Shown here one piece after another: positions 25,956-35,310 of a stretch of DNA of 64,000 nt. The translations under genes and the position numbers were made by a program. Origin of the DNA: Syntrophales bacterium. Lineage in GTDB: Bacteria; Desulfobacterota; Syntrophia; Syntrophales; UBA2185. Where the stretch lies: the NCBI GenBank assembly GCA_035542475.1, contig DATKLL010000148.1, positions 14,810 to 78,809 on the forward strand. Reading direction: 5' to 3'. Under the pieces are notes generated by a model. The model had not been told where the DNA came from. It saw only the letters and a list, made by a program, of their open reading frames with translations, and did not search any database. The first letter of the stretch is position 1. Every line of letters begins with the position of its first letter.

Positions 25956-28163
25956 TTACTGCTTCCTACGTTTCTTGCGGCCGATTTTCGTAACGAATTC
26001 CTCATAAGGTGGGGATTTAATGCCACCTTTTCTGGCTATTGCTATGAGTTCGCTCTGGCTCCGTAGGGGTTTATCCCCGTCCTTTCGATTGACTCGGACA
26101 TACGATCCGTCGGGCTGCATGAGGCGGGCCTTTACATTGTCATTCAAGTAAGTCATCAGTATCTCATCCATGATGCGGGACTTTAAATCGGCGTTTTTTA
26201 TAGGATAAAGGATCTCAACGCGCCTTTTGAAATTTCGCGGCATCCAATCGGCGCTCCCGGAATAGATCTCCGGCTCCCCGCCGTTGTGGAAGTAGTAAAG
26301 CCTTGAATGTTCGAGGAAACGGTCAACAATACTGGTGACACGGATATTCTCGCTGATCCCCGGAAGTCCCGGTCGCAGGCAGCAAATGCCTCTAACGATG
26401 AGATCAATACGTATGCCGGCCCGGGACGCCTCATATAGCTTGCGGATCGTCTTCGTATCGATGAGGGCGTTCATTTTCGCTATAATGCGGCCTGGCTTCT
26501 GGGGATTCGATTTCTCAATCTCCCGGTCGATCAGTCGAAGAATCGCATCCTGGGTCGTCACCGGCGAGATCATGAATATCCGGAACATCGACGCTACAGT
26601 ATCAGTTTTTAACATATCCCCACTGGACCATGAATTGAACCCAGTGAGAACATTGAACAGTGCAGAGACGTCGTTTCCGAATTCGGGATCACATGTCAAG
26701 AGGCCAACGTCTGTGTATATCTTCGCGGTAACAGTGTTGTAGTTGCCCGTTGAGACATGGACGTAACGCCGCAGTTGCTTACCTTCGCGCCGCACGACAA
26801 GGGTTGCCTTGCAGTGCGTTTTCCATTGAACAAAGCCGAATACGGAGTTGACGCCGGCCTCCTCCATCCGCTTTGACCAGTTGATATTGTACTTCTCATC
26901 AAAACGGGCTTTCAGCTCAACGATTGCGGTCACCTGCTTACCCGTCTCTGCTGCCCGACGTAGCGCGGCAACGACAGGGGAGTCCTTTCCCGTTCGATAG
27001 AGCGTTTGCTTTATTGCGAGCACGTTGGGATCATCGGCCGCCGCATCCAAGAATTCCATCACCACGGCGAATGAGTCGTATGGATGGTGCAGGAGCACAT
27101 CACCTTCACGGATTATTGAAAACACATCCTTGTCGGATGTGAACCGTTTCGGCAAACGGGGATTGAAAGGAATGTCCCTGTGAGGCGCATCGACAGGAAG
27201 GTCATAAAGCGGAAGAAAATCAGAAATATTGATTGGACCGTTGATCTCATAGACAAACCGTTCCTCAATGCCGAGTTGTTTGAGGATCATATTCACTATT
27301 TTTTTCGGCGCGCCGGGATCGATCTCAAGCCTTACAGCTATCTTATTTGAGCGGTCCTTTATCACGGCTTCAATCGACTGTAAGAGATCCAGGACTTCAT
27401 TTTCGTGGAGATCATAATCCTGGTTCCGGGTCAGACGCAGTGCGATGGTGTTCTTGATTTTCATCCCGGGAAACAACCTATTGATGTACCGGCGGATGAG
27501 ATCCTCAAGAAGGATGAATCTGTACCCGTTCCCCTCTCCCTTGACGGGGACGAGTCTGTTCAGGATGGAGGGCACCTCGACGAAGGCATAGGCCTGCGGT
27601 CTCTTTGTACCTACCATTTCCTCAAAGAGGACCATGAGGTTGAGGCGGAGGTTGCCCAAGTACGGAAACGGGTGACCCGGATCTACGGCGAGCGGCGTCA
27701 GAACAGGAAAAACATGCTCCTCGAAGTACTCTTCAAGCCGATTGCTCTCTTTCTTATCGAGTTCATCAATCCGGAGAATGGATATCCCTGCTCTCTCCAA
27801 TTGCGGCATCACTTCGCCAACGAAACACTTGTACTGATCGGTGACTAGTTCGCGTGCTTTTTCCGCGATCTCGTTGAGCTTTCGCTGAGACATTTCGAGG
27901 TATGGGTCGATATCCTCGACATCCATTTCGAGGATACGGTAAAGCCCGCCGACACGGACCATAAAGAACTCATCGAGGTTCGAACTGAAAATTGAGGCGA
28001 ACTTGAGTCTTTCAAGAGTGGGATTTGTATTGTCTTGCACCTCTTCGAGTACCCGACGATTGAACTCAAGCCATGATAATTCACGATCCAGTTGGAGCAA
28101 AGGGTCGTCAAGATTTACATTCTCTTGTTTCGGTTTGCTGATTGATGCTTCTTCCTGTATCAT
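25956..28163 (-). CDS. ppk: polyphosphate kinase 1
   Basis: 735 aa with the PPK1 N-domain LSWLEFNRRVLEEVQD and two PLD-like C-domains. Full length and colinear with the known PPK1 architecture. Confidence 0.95.
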   Translation of the reverse strand: MIQEEASISKPKQENVNLDDPLLQLDRELSWLEFNRRVLEEVQDNTNPTLERLKFASIFSSNLDEFFMVRVGGLYRILEMDVEDIDPYLEMSQRKLNEIAEKARELVTDQYKCFVGEVMPQLERAGISILRIDELDKKESNRLEEYFEEHVFPVLTPLAVDPGHPFPYLGNLRLNLMVLFEEMVGTKRPQAYAFVEVPSILNRLVPVKGEGNGYRFILLEDLIRRYINRLFPGMKIKNTIALRLTRNQDYDLHENEVLDLLQSIEAVIKDRSNKIAVRLEIDPGAPKKIVNMILKQLGIEERFVYEINGPINISDFLPLYDLPVDAPHRDIPFNPRLPKRFTSDKDVFSIIREGDVLLHHPYDSFAVVMEFLDAAADDPNVLAIKQTLYRTGKDSPVVAALRRAAETGKQVTAIVELKARFDEKYNINWSKRMEEAGVNSVFGFVQWKTHCKATLVVRREGKQLRRYVHVSTGNYNTVTAKIYTDVGLLTCDPEFGNDVSALFNVLTGFNSWSSGDMLKTDTVASMFRIFMISPVTTQDAILRLIDREIEKSNPQKPGRIIAKMNALIDTKTIRKLYEASRAGIRIDLIVRGICCLRPGLPGISENIRVTSIVDRFLEHSRLYYFHNGGEPEIYSGSADWMPRNFKRRVEILYPIKNADLKSRIMDEILMTYLNDNVKARLMQPDGSYVRVNRKDGDKPLRSQSELIAIARKGGIKSPPYEEFVTKIGRKKRRKQ

Positions 28164-28182
28164 AATTTACTCCCTGAGAACA

Positions 28183-29694
28183 TCATGCATTAACCTGAAC
28201 ATCCATGTGGAAGATGTCCTGAAACAACGTGGATTGCTTTCTTATAGCCCACTTGGTTAAAGAAAGATCACTTGATCCGTTGAGATCAAGGATCAGACAA
28301 TCTTTAGCCATGGAGGCAGTCAGTTTAACGACTCTACCAACATGTTCGAAATCAATAGCATCCGCAAGTCTGATAATAGCCGAGAGTTTTTTTACCCGTT
28401 CCCGATCCTCTTCAGAAAGCGAAATAAAGTTTTCATGGCGAAGTTTCGGAAATGATTTGTTATGGTAACGAGCTACGTTAGCTACGATCTTTTTTTGTAT
28501 TGGCGTTAGACCCACTATTGGCGATGCATTAATAATATACAGCGAATGCTTGTGATGATCGTTGATATTTATAAACTGACCGATGTCGTGAAGCCAGGCT
28601 GTTACGGAAAGAATTAGCCGATCATTGCTGTCAAGTCCGTGAAGGGGTTGGGCTGCGTCAAAAAGTTGCTCTGCAAAAAAACACACTGTTTCGGCATGTT
28701 TTTCATCAAAGTCAAACTTCCGTCCGATGACACGAACTGACTGGAGGACCTGATTCCGCAAATGAATGTAGTCGGGGCCGGCGATTTCTTCCGCCAATTC
28801 GATCAAGATCCCGTCCTTTAGGCTTACGTGCGGGATCATTACTTTGGAAAGATCAAATTGCTTAAGTAAGAATTCAAGAACGACTGCGGCGGGCAGAATA
28901 ACATCTGCGCGGTCAGGTCGCAATTTCAGATTAATGATGCGATCCTCATAACTAACGGCCTGCAATTCAGCCAAAATCTGCTTTAATTCCTTGGCATACA
29001 GGAATTCATTGCTTCGTTTACCTAGCAATTGTTTTCTCAGTTCTCCAAGCACCTCGACGTTTCCGCCTGTACCGATGCACAGGTCTAATTTTCTTCTGCC
29101 AATCCTGGTTTTAATGAAACGTCCAGTGGGCTTAAGATAGTCACGCGCCAGGGAGATGAAATTGTCTGCATCGTGGTTTTGATTGCCGAACATTTGCAGG
29201 AGGCGGACACTTCCCATTCTAAAGCTTTCAGTAGTTGAAACCTGGCCGTTTTCAAGAATTATGACTTCAGCGCTGCCTCCGCCTATATTGACAAGTGCGG
29301 CGTTTTTACTCTTGAGATTGACCTTCGACGTAACTGCTCTGCTGACAAGACGCGCTTCCTCATCGCCGCCTATGGGAGTCACCTCAATACCGGAGGCTGC
29401 GGCAATCTCATTTATGAACTCGATTCGATTGCGAGACTCTCGCAAGGCGCTTGTTCCGAGCGCTCTGATCCGGTCAACATGATGCTGATCAATAATGGAA
29501 CGGAATTTCTTGAAAGCTTCTACGGAGCGCTGAGCTGTCTGAGCTGAGATCTTGCTGGTGGCGAACACGTCCTGACCAAGTCGGATTGGCTCACGGCAAA
29601 AGCACAGCATTTGAAGTGTTTTCTTTTCTTCTACAGAGGCAATGGCCATCCGTATGGCATTTGATCCTACATCAATGGCAGAAATGACAGGCAT
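28183..29694 (-). CDS. ppx: exopolyphosphatase / guanosine pentaphosphate phosphohydrolase family (Ppx/GppA) with HD domain
   Basis: AIDVGSNAIRMAI actin-fold phosphate-1 motif and a C-terminal HD region LSVTAWLHDIGQFIN. 19 nt upstream of ppk. Confidence 0.9.
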   Translation of the reverse strand: MPVISAIDVGSNAIRMAIASVEEKKTLQMLCFCREPIRLGQDVFATSKISAQTAQRSVEAFKKFRSIIDQHHVDRIRALGTSALRESRNRIEFINEIAAASGIEVTPIGGDEEARLVSRAVTSKVNLKSKNAALVNIGGGSAEVIILENGQVSTTESFRMGSVRLLQMFGNQNHDADNFISLARDYLKPTGRFIKTRIGRRKLDLCIGTGGNVEVLGELRKQLLGKRSNEFLYAKELKQILAELQAVSYEDRIINLKLRPDRADVILPAAVVLEFLLKQFDLSKVMIPHVSLKDGILIELAEEIAGPDYIHLRNQVLQSVRVIGRKFDFDEKHAETVCFFAEQLFDAAQPLHGLDSNDRLILSVTAWLHDIGQFININDHHKHSLYIINASPIVGLTPIQKKIVANVARYHNKSFPKLRHENFISLSEEDRERVKKLSAIIRLADAIDFEHVGRVVKLTASMAKDCLILDLNGSSDLSLTKWAIRKQSTLFQDIFHMDVQVNA

Positions 29695-29806
29695 ATCTAA
29701 TACTCAGTTACAAATCGAGAAGACCAATTATCTTTAATATTGGCTGTTGTAAGAATTATCTTTTGAATATAAGTTTACTTATTTGTACTTTTGCAACTGT
29801 GATAAA

Positions 29807-29989
29807 TCATTTTTGGTTCGTACAATCTTGTTTCCACAAACAATCGTTTTCACAAGTATCTTTAGTTCGAAAGCACGCTGAATTTCCTTCGCTAACCTGA
29901 ATAGCCCTGATGATATCCTGTTTAGAGCGCTGGGTTCTTGTATCAACTCCCCACGTCTTTGCAATTTCACGGATCTCTTGAATTTTCAC
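29807..29989 (-). CDS. small SAP/Rho_N-like Cys-rich protein
   Basis: MKIQEIREIAKTWGVDTRTQRSKQDIIRAIQVSEGNSACFRTKDTCENDCLWKQDC has an N-terminal helix-extended-helix followed by 4 Cys. The overlapping ORF 29779..29970 in another frame is probably spurious. Confidence 0.45.
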   Translation of the reverse strand: MKIQEIREIAKTWGVDTRTQRSKQDIIRAIQVSEGNSACFRTKDTCENDCLWKQDCTNQK

Positions 29990-30110
29990 TTTATCATCTC
30001 CTTTTTGCTCCTGTTAATTTCCCACCCGGTTATCAATACCTTACCATTAATGAAAAAAAACATCTACAGAAGTCTTGCCTCGATTTCAGCCACAGCGGCT
30101 CTCTCTCCCT

Positions 30111-30350
30111 TCAACAAAACACTCCTTCATAAATCAACTCGGTAAGGTCACATCCCTTCCCGCTCACTGCGTGGGAGGGGAATTTCCGGCGTTTCGATTT
30201 AAACAGTGTATAGGCATGAAGCAAGAGAATCTGTTTCTGCGTATCCAGTTCGAGCATAGCATTTAGATTTTCCGGTTGATTGTCTATGTATGCGATAACC
30301 TGATTTTTGAAAATAGAATGCAGAGCCAATCTTTTCATCAGCTCCTTCAC
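30111..30350 (-). CDS. hypothetical protein (possibly a HAD-hydrolase C-terminal fragment)
   Basis: Only weak resemblance (VIAYIDNQPENLNAM) to HAD motif IV. No N-terminal catalytic motifs. Confidence 0.25.
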   Translation of the reverse strand: MKELMKRLALHSIFKNQVIAYIDNQPENLNAMLELDTQKQILLLHAYTLFKSKRRKFPSHAVSGKGCDLTELIYEGVFC

Positions 30351-30539
30351 ATGTAATCCTCGACAATCTCAATCATTATAGCTACGTTACATGTATTTTG
30401 TTTAGATATTGTGATGGTTGTATTAAGAGATTGTTACAATTAAGATAGGTGTCCTCCAAACTTCACCCTACAGCAATATTGAATTATTAAACACCCTTTG
30501 TTAAATTCCCCCAAATTACCGAATTAGTGAGCTAGTACG

Positions 30540-30646
30540 ACCGTCCCCGATTTTTTTCTATCGTACCATCCCAATATCATACCCTAGCTTTGTTTCCTTC
30601 TCACTGAGTTTTCTGGATTGCCTTCCTGAAGTGCACATACCGCTCC
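30540..30646. repeat. 107-bp direct repeat, copy B
   Basis: See 21141..21247; same orientation. Confidence 0.75.
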
Positions 30647-30726
30647 ATCAACATGGTGGTGTTGCCGTCATTCCTTGGCCTGCCATTAAAGCCGATAACT
30701 TTCATATCCTTTTTCCTTTCCGTCAT
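30601..30726 (-). pseudogene. N-terminal fragment of an NADPH-dependent FMN reductase/flavodoxin-like gene, truncated by the 107-bp repeat
   Basis: MTERKKDMKVIGFNGRPRNDGNTTML is a typical FMN_red start. It runs straight into repeat-derived sequence (ERYVHFRKAIQKTQ*). Confidence 0.35.
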
Positions 30727-30873
30727 GATAAAGTGACCTCCTTGCTTAAAACGGTCCCATATTTTGCCGGTCATTTTACACTTCATCATTGCCCCTATTT
30801 TCCCGATAAATAATATATGTAATATATTATATAAGGTACTGAAAAAATGCAGAGTGCCTCTTTTTAGACAAAA

Positions 30874-31166
30874 TACTTCCCACGGCATCGCTTGCGATCG
30901 TTTACCAATGGGACTAATGGTGGAGAATCATTCAGTTTTAATGTTCAGCTTATGCCTACCGACAGCATATGGTTATCTATATATTACTCTTCTCGAACGC
31001 TTTTTTTGCAAAAAAATTAAATTTTTTTTGACTTGGCTTATACACCTTCTTGATGTTTTGAACAAAATTTTCAATCTCGAAACTGATTGATTTCACGCTT
31101 GATTAAATTACAGCTCTCTCAAATTCACTTTTTCTACTTTTCCCCCTCAGTCATATCCATTTGGCA
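30874..31166. repeat. par-cassette upstream region, copy 1
   Basis: The ends (ACTTCCCACGGCATCGCTTGCGATCGTTTACCAATGGGACTAATGGTGGAGAAT... and ...CACTTTTTCTACTTTTCCCCCTCAG) match 34633..34881. The centre is more diverged. Confidence 0.6.
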
Positions 31167-31175
31167 GGAATGTAG

Positions 31176-31508
31176 ATGCAAATTCTAAGGAGATTGTATG
31201 TGTACCAGGGTAAGTATTTGAATGGCCACGCCCGAACTTATCCGTTCGACATATCTATGTTACTTGATGCTATCGCTAAGGAATTCTGCTGCAAATATGG
31301 TTTTTTCATCGACTGGAAAAGAGCGCTGGATTTTGTCACGGAGCACCGCGCTGAGTGGTTCAGTAAAGTGTATGAAGTCGATAATATCGACGACGTCATT
31401 AAGAAGTACGAAGACGAAGTCTCGGCCATCATAAACAACTACATGGAGAGCCGGGATCCCGATATCGGCATAGCAGGGGAGGCACATATACGTTTGGCAA
31501 TTTTCTGA
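31176..31508 (+). pseudogene. 3' remnant of a second ParM-like gene
   Basis: TYPFDISMLLDAIAKEFCCKYGFFIDWKRALDFVTEHRAEWFSKVYEVDNIDDVIKKYEDEVSAIINNYMESRDPDIGIAGEAHIRL aligns with residues ~195-285 of the 316-aa ParM-like protein. The N-terminal actin-fold half is missing. Confidence 0.55.
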
Positions 31509-31742
31509 AATTAAAAAAGAAACTTATTGTTGTAGATTCGCCCGAGTCGGCAAAACGCAGTCGACAATTAGCATTATGGCATCCTCCAAAAGGAAGACAT
31601 TTGACACTTTTGCCACCTTTGTCGTTTCTTCAGCCTCTTAAAGCGCCAAATCCTTCCAATACGTCAATTCTTCCGATTGGCTCCCTATGAAGCGCAATAT
31701 AACAGAAAAAGAGGTTTATAACTTTTGAAGGAGATCTAATTT

Positions 31743-32693
31743 ATGATGTGCTTAAGCATCGATATCGGGTCTGGGTTCACAAAAATTTTCGACGGTACCA
31801 ATATCGTGTCGTTTCCTACAATCGTCTCAAACGCTATTGACTCTGCCGGATTCAGCGAAAAGAGTTGTATCGTTATTGATGATGAAAAATTTTATGTAGG
31901 CGATGATGTGAGGGGTCAAGAAAAATGGTATGACGCCAGGACGTCAGATTTTGTCGGTTCATCCCAATGGAGCGCTCTTCTGGCCCAGGCCATAAAAGCA
32001 TGCTCGATTCCCAATATGTATAAAAACGCCCTCATACTGGGCATCCCTGCCGAACAATATGACAAAGGAAAAGCGGCAGAACTTGTTAATGTGTTGAAGC
32101 GCCGTTATGTTTATGCCGGCAACGACCGGATCGACCTGGACTCTGCTTATATTTCCATCGTCCCTCAGGCGTTCGGAATATTTTTGAAATACCTGAACGA
32201 CAGCGGCATAGGAAGTGATTATAGAACCATGGTGATTTCCGTCCTTGACATAGGCTTTCATACGATTGACATCATTACAGTAGATAAAGGAAAATATGTC
32301 GACGACTATGCCAACAGCTTCCCCATGGGTGTATCCGTTTTGTTAGACGAGATCAGAAGAGAGGTTAACAAGAAATACCGCTATTTTATCAGCCGCGAGG
32401 ACGCTATACAATTCATACAGAATTCGCGCCTTGATTGGTTGGGCGAAACGTTTGAGCTTAAAAACGTAAAAAACATCGTAAGAAAATATGCCGCGAACGT
32501 CGAGACGATCGTCAACAATTATATGGAAGGTCATAGGTTTGACATTGGCATAGCGGGAGGTGGATGGGTTCATCTTCTCCAAAACATAGTGAAGTTAAAA
32601 AAGAAACTTTCTGCCGTTAGCGCCCTGGCAGCGGCAAATGCCATCGGTTACTGGTATTATGGAATGGAGAAATACGGAAAGGTGCAACGATAG
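31743..32693 (+). CDS. parM: ParM/StbA-family actin-like segregation ATPase
   Basis: LSIDIGSGFTKIF (phosphate 1), LILGIPAEQY, VLDIGFHTIDII (phosphate 2) and DIGIAGGG (adenosine motif). 316 aa with an AGGAG RBS. Confidence 0.75.
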   Translation: MMCLSIDIGSGFTKIFDGTNIVSFPTIVSNAIDSAGFSEKSCIVIDDEKFYVGDDVRGQEKWYDARTSDFVGSSQWSALLAQAIKACSIPNMYKNALILGIPAEQYDKGKAAELVNVLKRRYVYAGNDRIDLDSAYISIVPQAFGIFLKYLNDSGIGSDYRTMVISVLDIGFHTIDIITVDKGKYVDDYANSFPMGVSVLLDEIRREVNKKYRYFISREDAIQFIQNSRLDWLGETFELKNVKNIVRKYAANVETIVNNYMEGHRFDIGIAGGGWVHLLQNIVKLKKKLSAVSALAAANAIGYWYYGMEKYGKVQR

Positions 32694-32695
32694 TT

Positions 32696-32905
32696 ATGGA
32701 CCGGAGCGATAGACTGCAGATACGTCTCACCTTAACCAGACAGAAACACGCCGAGGCCATGGAAATACTGAGAGATGTATCCAAGTACTGGAGAAGTGAT
32801 TTCATTGCTAGAGCAATTGTTTTGCTGGACAAACAGGAAGGAAAACCCACGCTGCCAGGGAAAGCAGATGTAATTGACACAGGTGTTGCCGATATATTTG
32901 GTTGA
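32696..32905 (+). CDS. ParR-like small DNA-binding adaptor (RHH-like)
   Basis: 69 aa located 3 nt after parM. LQIRLTLTRQKHAEAMEILRDVSKYWRSDFIARAIVLL, with a paralogue at 34918..35166. Assigned by position and size. Confidence 0.45.
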   Translation: MDRSDRLQIRLTLTRQKHAEAMEILRDVSKYWRSDFIARAIVLLDKQEGKPTLPGKADVIDTGVADIFG

Positions 32906-33430
32906 GGAGCCAAGAACATAGTAAGAACATGGGCAAGAATACGGGCGATGGCAGTGGGCCATGGAAGACGGCTTTTTTCACAAAAGGGAGAGATATTGAG
33001 GACGGCATATGAATTGGAGGGGGATTTCCTGTCAGATGTATTTTAAAATTGCTTCTCACAATTCCTAGTAATATGCGAGGACAAGACAGCTCGGTTACCT
33101 GTATAATTGCCCGGCAATCCTTTCAGTCAAAATTACTATTCCTTTGCTTCCTGGGCTACCAGGTAAAAGAAACCCTTTCTTCGCATCTTTCTTTTGGTCA
33201 TCTTGTAGCTCCATTATGATAAATCCTGGTTAATCATTTTTTAGCTCACATCTATACGGTCTCTATATTTGTCTGCTGATGTGTTGTTAAGGGAAAGGGG
33301 AGAATTGTTAAATCAAAAAAGATTATCAATATCTTTCAAACGAACATAAATAAAAATAAAAGAACACATAATTTCACTTCTTTAATAAATACCAAATAAA
33401 TATTCAATGGTTATAGACTTACTGATCTGA

Positions 33431-33690
33431 TAGTTATCAGTCATCACTAACTCAGCTGATTAAAAATTATCCAGTTTGGTCTACTGGGCTGACTAAAAAT
33501 CCAGTCATAGGCCCACTTGGCCTATTAGCAATCAGTCATAGGCCCACTTAGCATATCAGTAATCAGTCATATGTTAACTTGGCATATCAGATATTGAGTC
33601 ATATGCTAACTTAGCTAATAGGTAATCAGTCATTTCCTAACTTGGGTAATTGGTAATCAGTCATTGCCTCACTGAGCTTATAAAGGAGAA
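33431..33690. repeat. array of ~8 tandem 31-bp iterons (AATCAGTCAT-N5-6-ACTTRGC-N...)
   Basis: CAGTCAT or GAGTCAT recurs at 33438, 33502, 33533, 33564, 33596, 33627 and 33658. A degenerate unit lies at about 33472. The array ends at the RBS of the ParB-like ORF. Confidence 0.75.
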
Positions 33691-33702
33691 AGGAGATCTG
33701 CT

Positions 33703-33915
33703 ATGTATTATAAAGAAATTCCCATCGACCTGATAAAGTTATTACCCCACTCTAAATTACCACTCTTACCTTCTATGTCACCAGATGAATTAGATGCGTT
33801 AAAAGAAAACATTCAAGAATTTGGAATTCTCCAGCCACTTGTAGTTACTGTAAATGGAGATGACAAGTATCTGCTACAGGTCGGCCGTAACAGTCTGCGA
33901 ATTGGTAGAAATTAG
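33703..33915 (+). pseudogene. ParB/Srx N-terminal domain fragment; the gene appears frameshifted, with remnants continuing to about 34263
   Basis: IPIDLIKLLPHSKL...ELDALKENIQEFGILQPLVVTVNGDDKYLLQVGRNSLRIG matches the ParB N-domain pattern. After the stop, another frame continues LGLSIILSFVALRNDDITDILMGFHTDGFRRH... Confidence 0.45.
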
Positions 33916-34420
33916 GTTTAAGCATTATTCTGTCCTTTGTCGCATTAAGGAATGATGATATTACTGATATACTAATGGGATTTCACACAGACGGATTTCG
34001 ACGACACTCAACACCTTGTCAAAAAAACGAGTTGTTGATCTGGCAAACCGGCCTCAAAAAAAATAAAAATGAACATCCAGAAGACCAAACACCTCAATTA
34101 TTCTTCATCAGAAGATGAATCAGCATTGTCGAAAAAATTATTAATCAAAAACAAAAAACAATTTAAAAACGCCGTTTACAAGCCTTCTGTAAAAGAAAAG
34201 ATTATCCGCTTCCAACAGGAAAAACTTCAGGAAAAAAGCAGCACCTTGAAAAAAAGAGGATAAATGGAAGAGTGAAAATGGTTGTTAAAGACATTTCTTC
34301 AAATTTTTGCGCTCGTCTAATTATCGCGACATATATAAATAGTGAAAAATGCATTAACATAAAAGAGCAAATTATCATGCTTCTTGAAAACAAGTCAGAA
34401 GAATTATTATCAATATAAGA

Positions 34421-34563
34421 TTCATGTCCAGGCCACATGACCCGGTTGGAAAAAAATAAATTCATGACAGGGAACACCTGTCCCCGTTAGAAAAAAAATA
34501 ATTTCATGACGGGGACACCTAGCACCGTAAAAAAAAACAATAAATTTTTAAGGCAGTCATGAC
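34421..34563. repeat. 3-4 tandem ~41-bp repeats, each TTCATGAC-core plus A7-9 tract
   Basis: Units read TTCATGTCCAGGCCACATGACCCGGTTGGAAAAAAATAAA, then TTCATGACAGGGAACACCTGTCCCCGTTAGAAAAAAAATAAT, then TTCATGACGGGGACACCTAGCACCGTAAAAAAAAAC..., ending ...GTCATGAC. Confidence 0.55.
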
Positions 34564-34632
34564 AAGTATAAAGATATAGAATATATCTTATTAGTCCCTG
34601 ACTTTTTGATGACAACGAGTTTCAGATAAATA

Positions 34633-34881
34633 ATTTCCCACGGCATGGCTTGTCATCGCTTACCAATGAGAACAATGGTGGAGAATTATTGAACTAGTTC
34701 GAGTTCGTCCTACGAAAAATGATATGGTTACATATATGTTACTCCCCTATTGTGATTTTTTAAAAAAAATGAAAATATTCTTCTACATTGCGTATCCTCT
34801 TGACCACACAAATCTTTCCTAATTTTTATCCTCAAACTTCACTTTTTTTGCTTTTTCCCCCCTCAGCACATCAATTTGCAG
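34633..34881. repeat. par-cassette upstream region, copy 2
   Basis: See 30874..31166. Confidence 0.6.
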
Positions 34882-34917
34882 AGTAATATGTATATAGAGA
34901 AATTGAAGGAGGCTGTT

Positions 34918-35166
34918 ATGAACCAAGCAGTATATGACAAAAAACACAAGAGGATAAGTGTCGTTTTCGACACAAAGCTGCATGCCAGGGCAATCGAGAT
35001 ATTGAAAAATGTGGCCCCATATTGGCGCAATGATTTTATCAGCGATGCGATAGTGGCTTATAACAATAAACGTGATGATTTGGGGGCAATGATTGAAGAA
35101 GGCGCAAAGGCAAGCGAGGCATCACGTGATGCCAAATTTATTGATCAAGCTTTTTTTAACTTATAA
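34918..35166 (+). CDS. ParR-like small protein, paralogue 2
   Basis: ISVVFDTKLHARAIEILKNVAPYWRNDFISDAIVAY parallels the 32696..32905 product. GAAGGAGG RBS before ATG 34918 (track ORF starts at 34876). Confidence 0.45.
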   Translation: MNQAVYDKKHKRISVVFDTKLHARAIEILKNVAPYWRNDFISDAIVAYNNKRDDLGAMIEEGAKASEASRDAKFIDQAFFNL

Positions 35167-35310
35167 AGGAGACAGACCATGGAAAACGAAAACGTAATGA
35201 ATGAAGAAACCTGTACTGATTTTCGTCAAAATACGTTCCACAGGTACAGTCCATACGTCAAATAAAATTACTTAGCGGCGCGCTGTTATTATAATTTGAG
35301 GCGAGGATCG

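Noticed and set aside
33431-33690. Possible CRISPR array
   Set aside because: The period is 31 bp with degenerate units directly abutting (no repeat-spacer alternation). No cas genes are present, and the context is plasmid partition genes. Called iterons instead.
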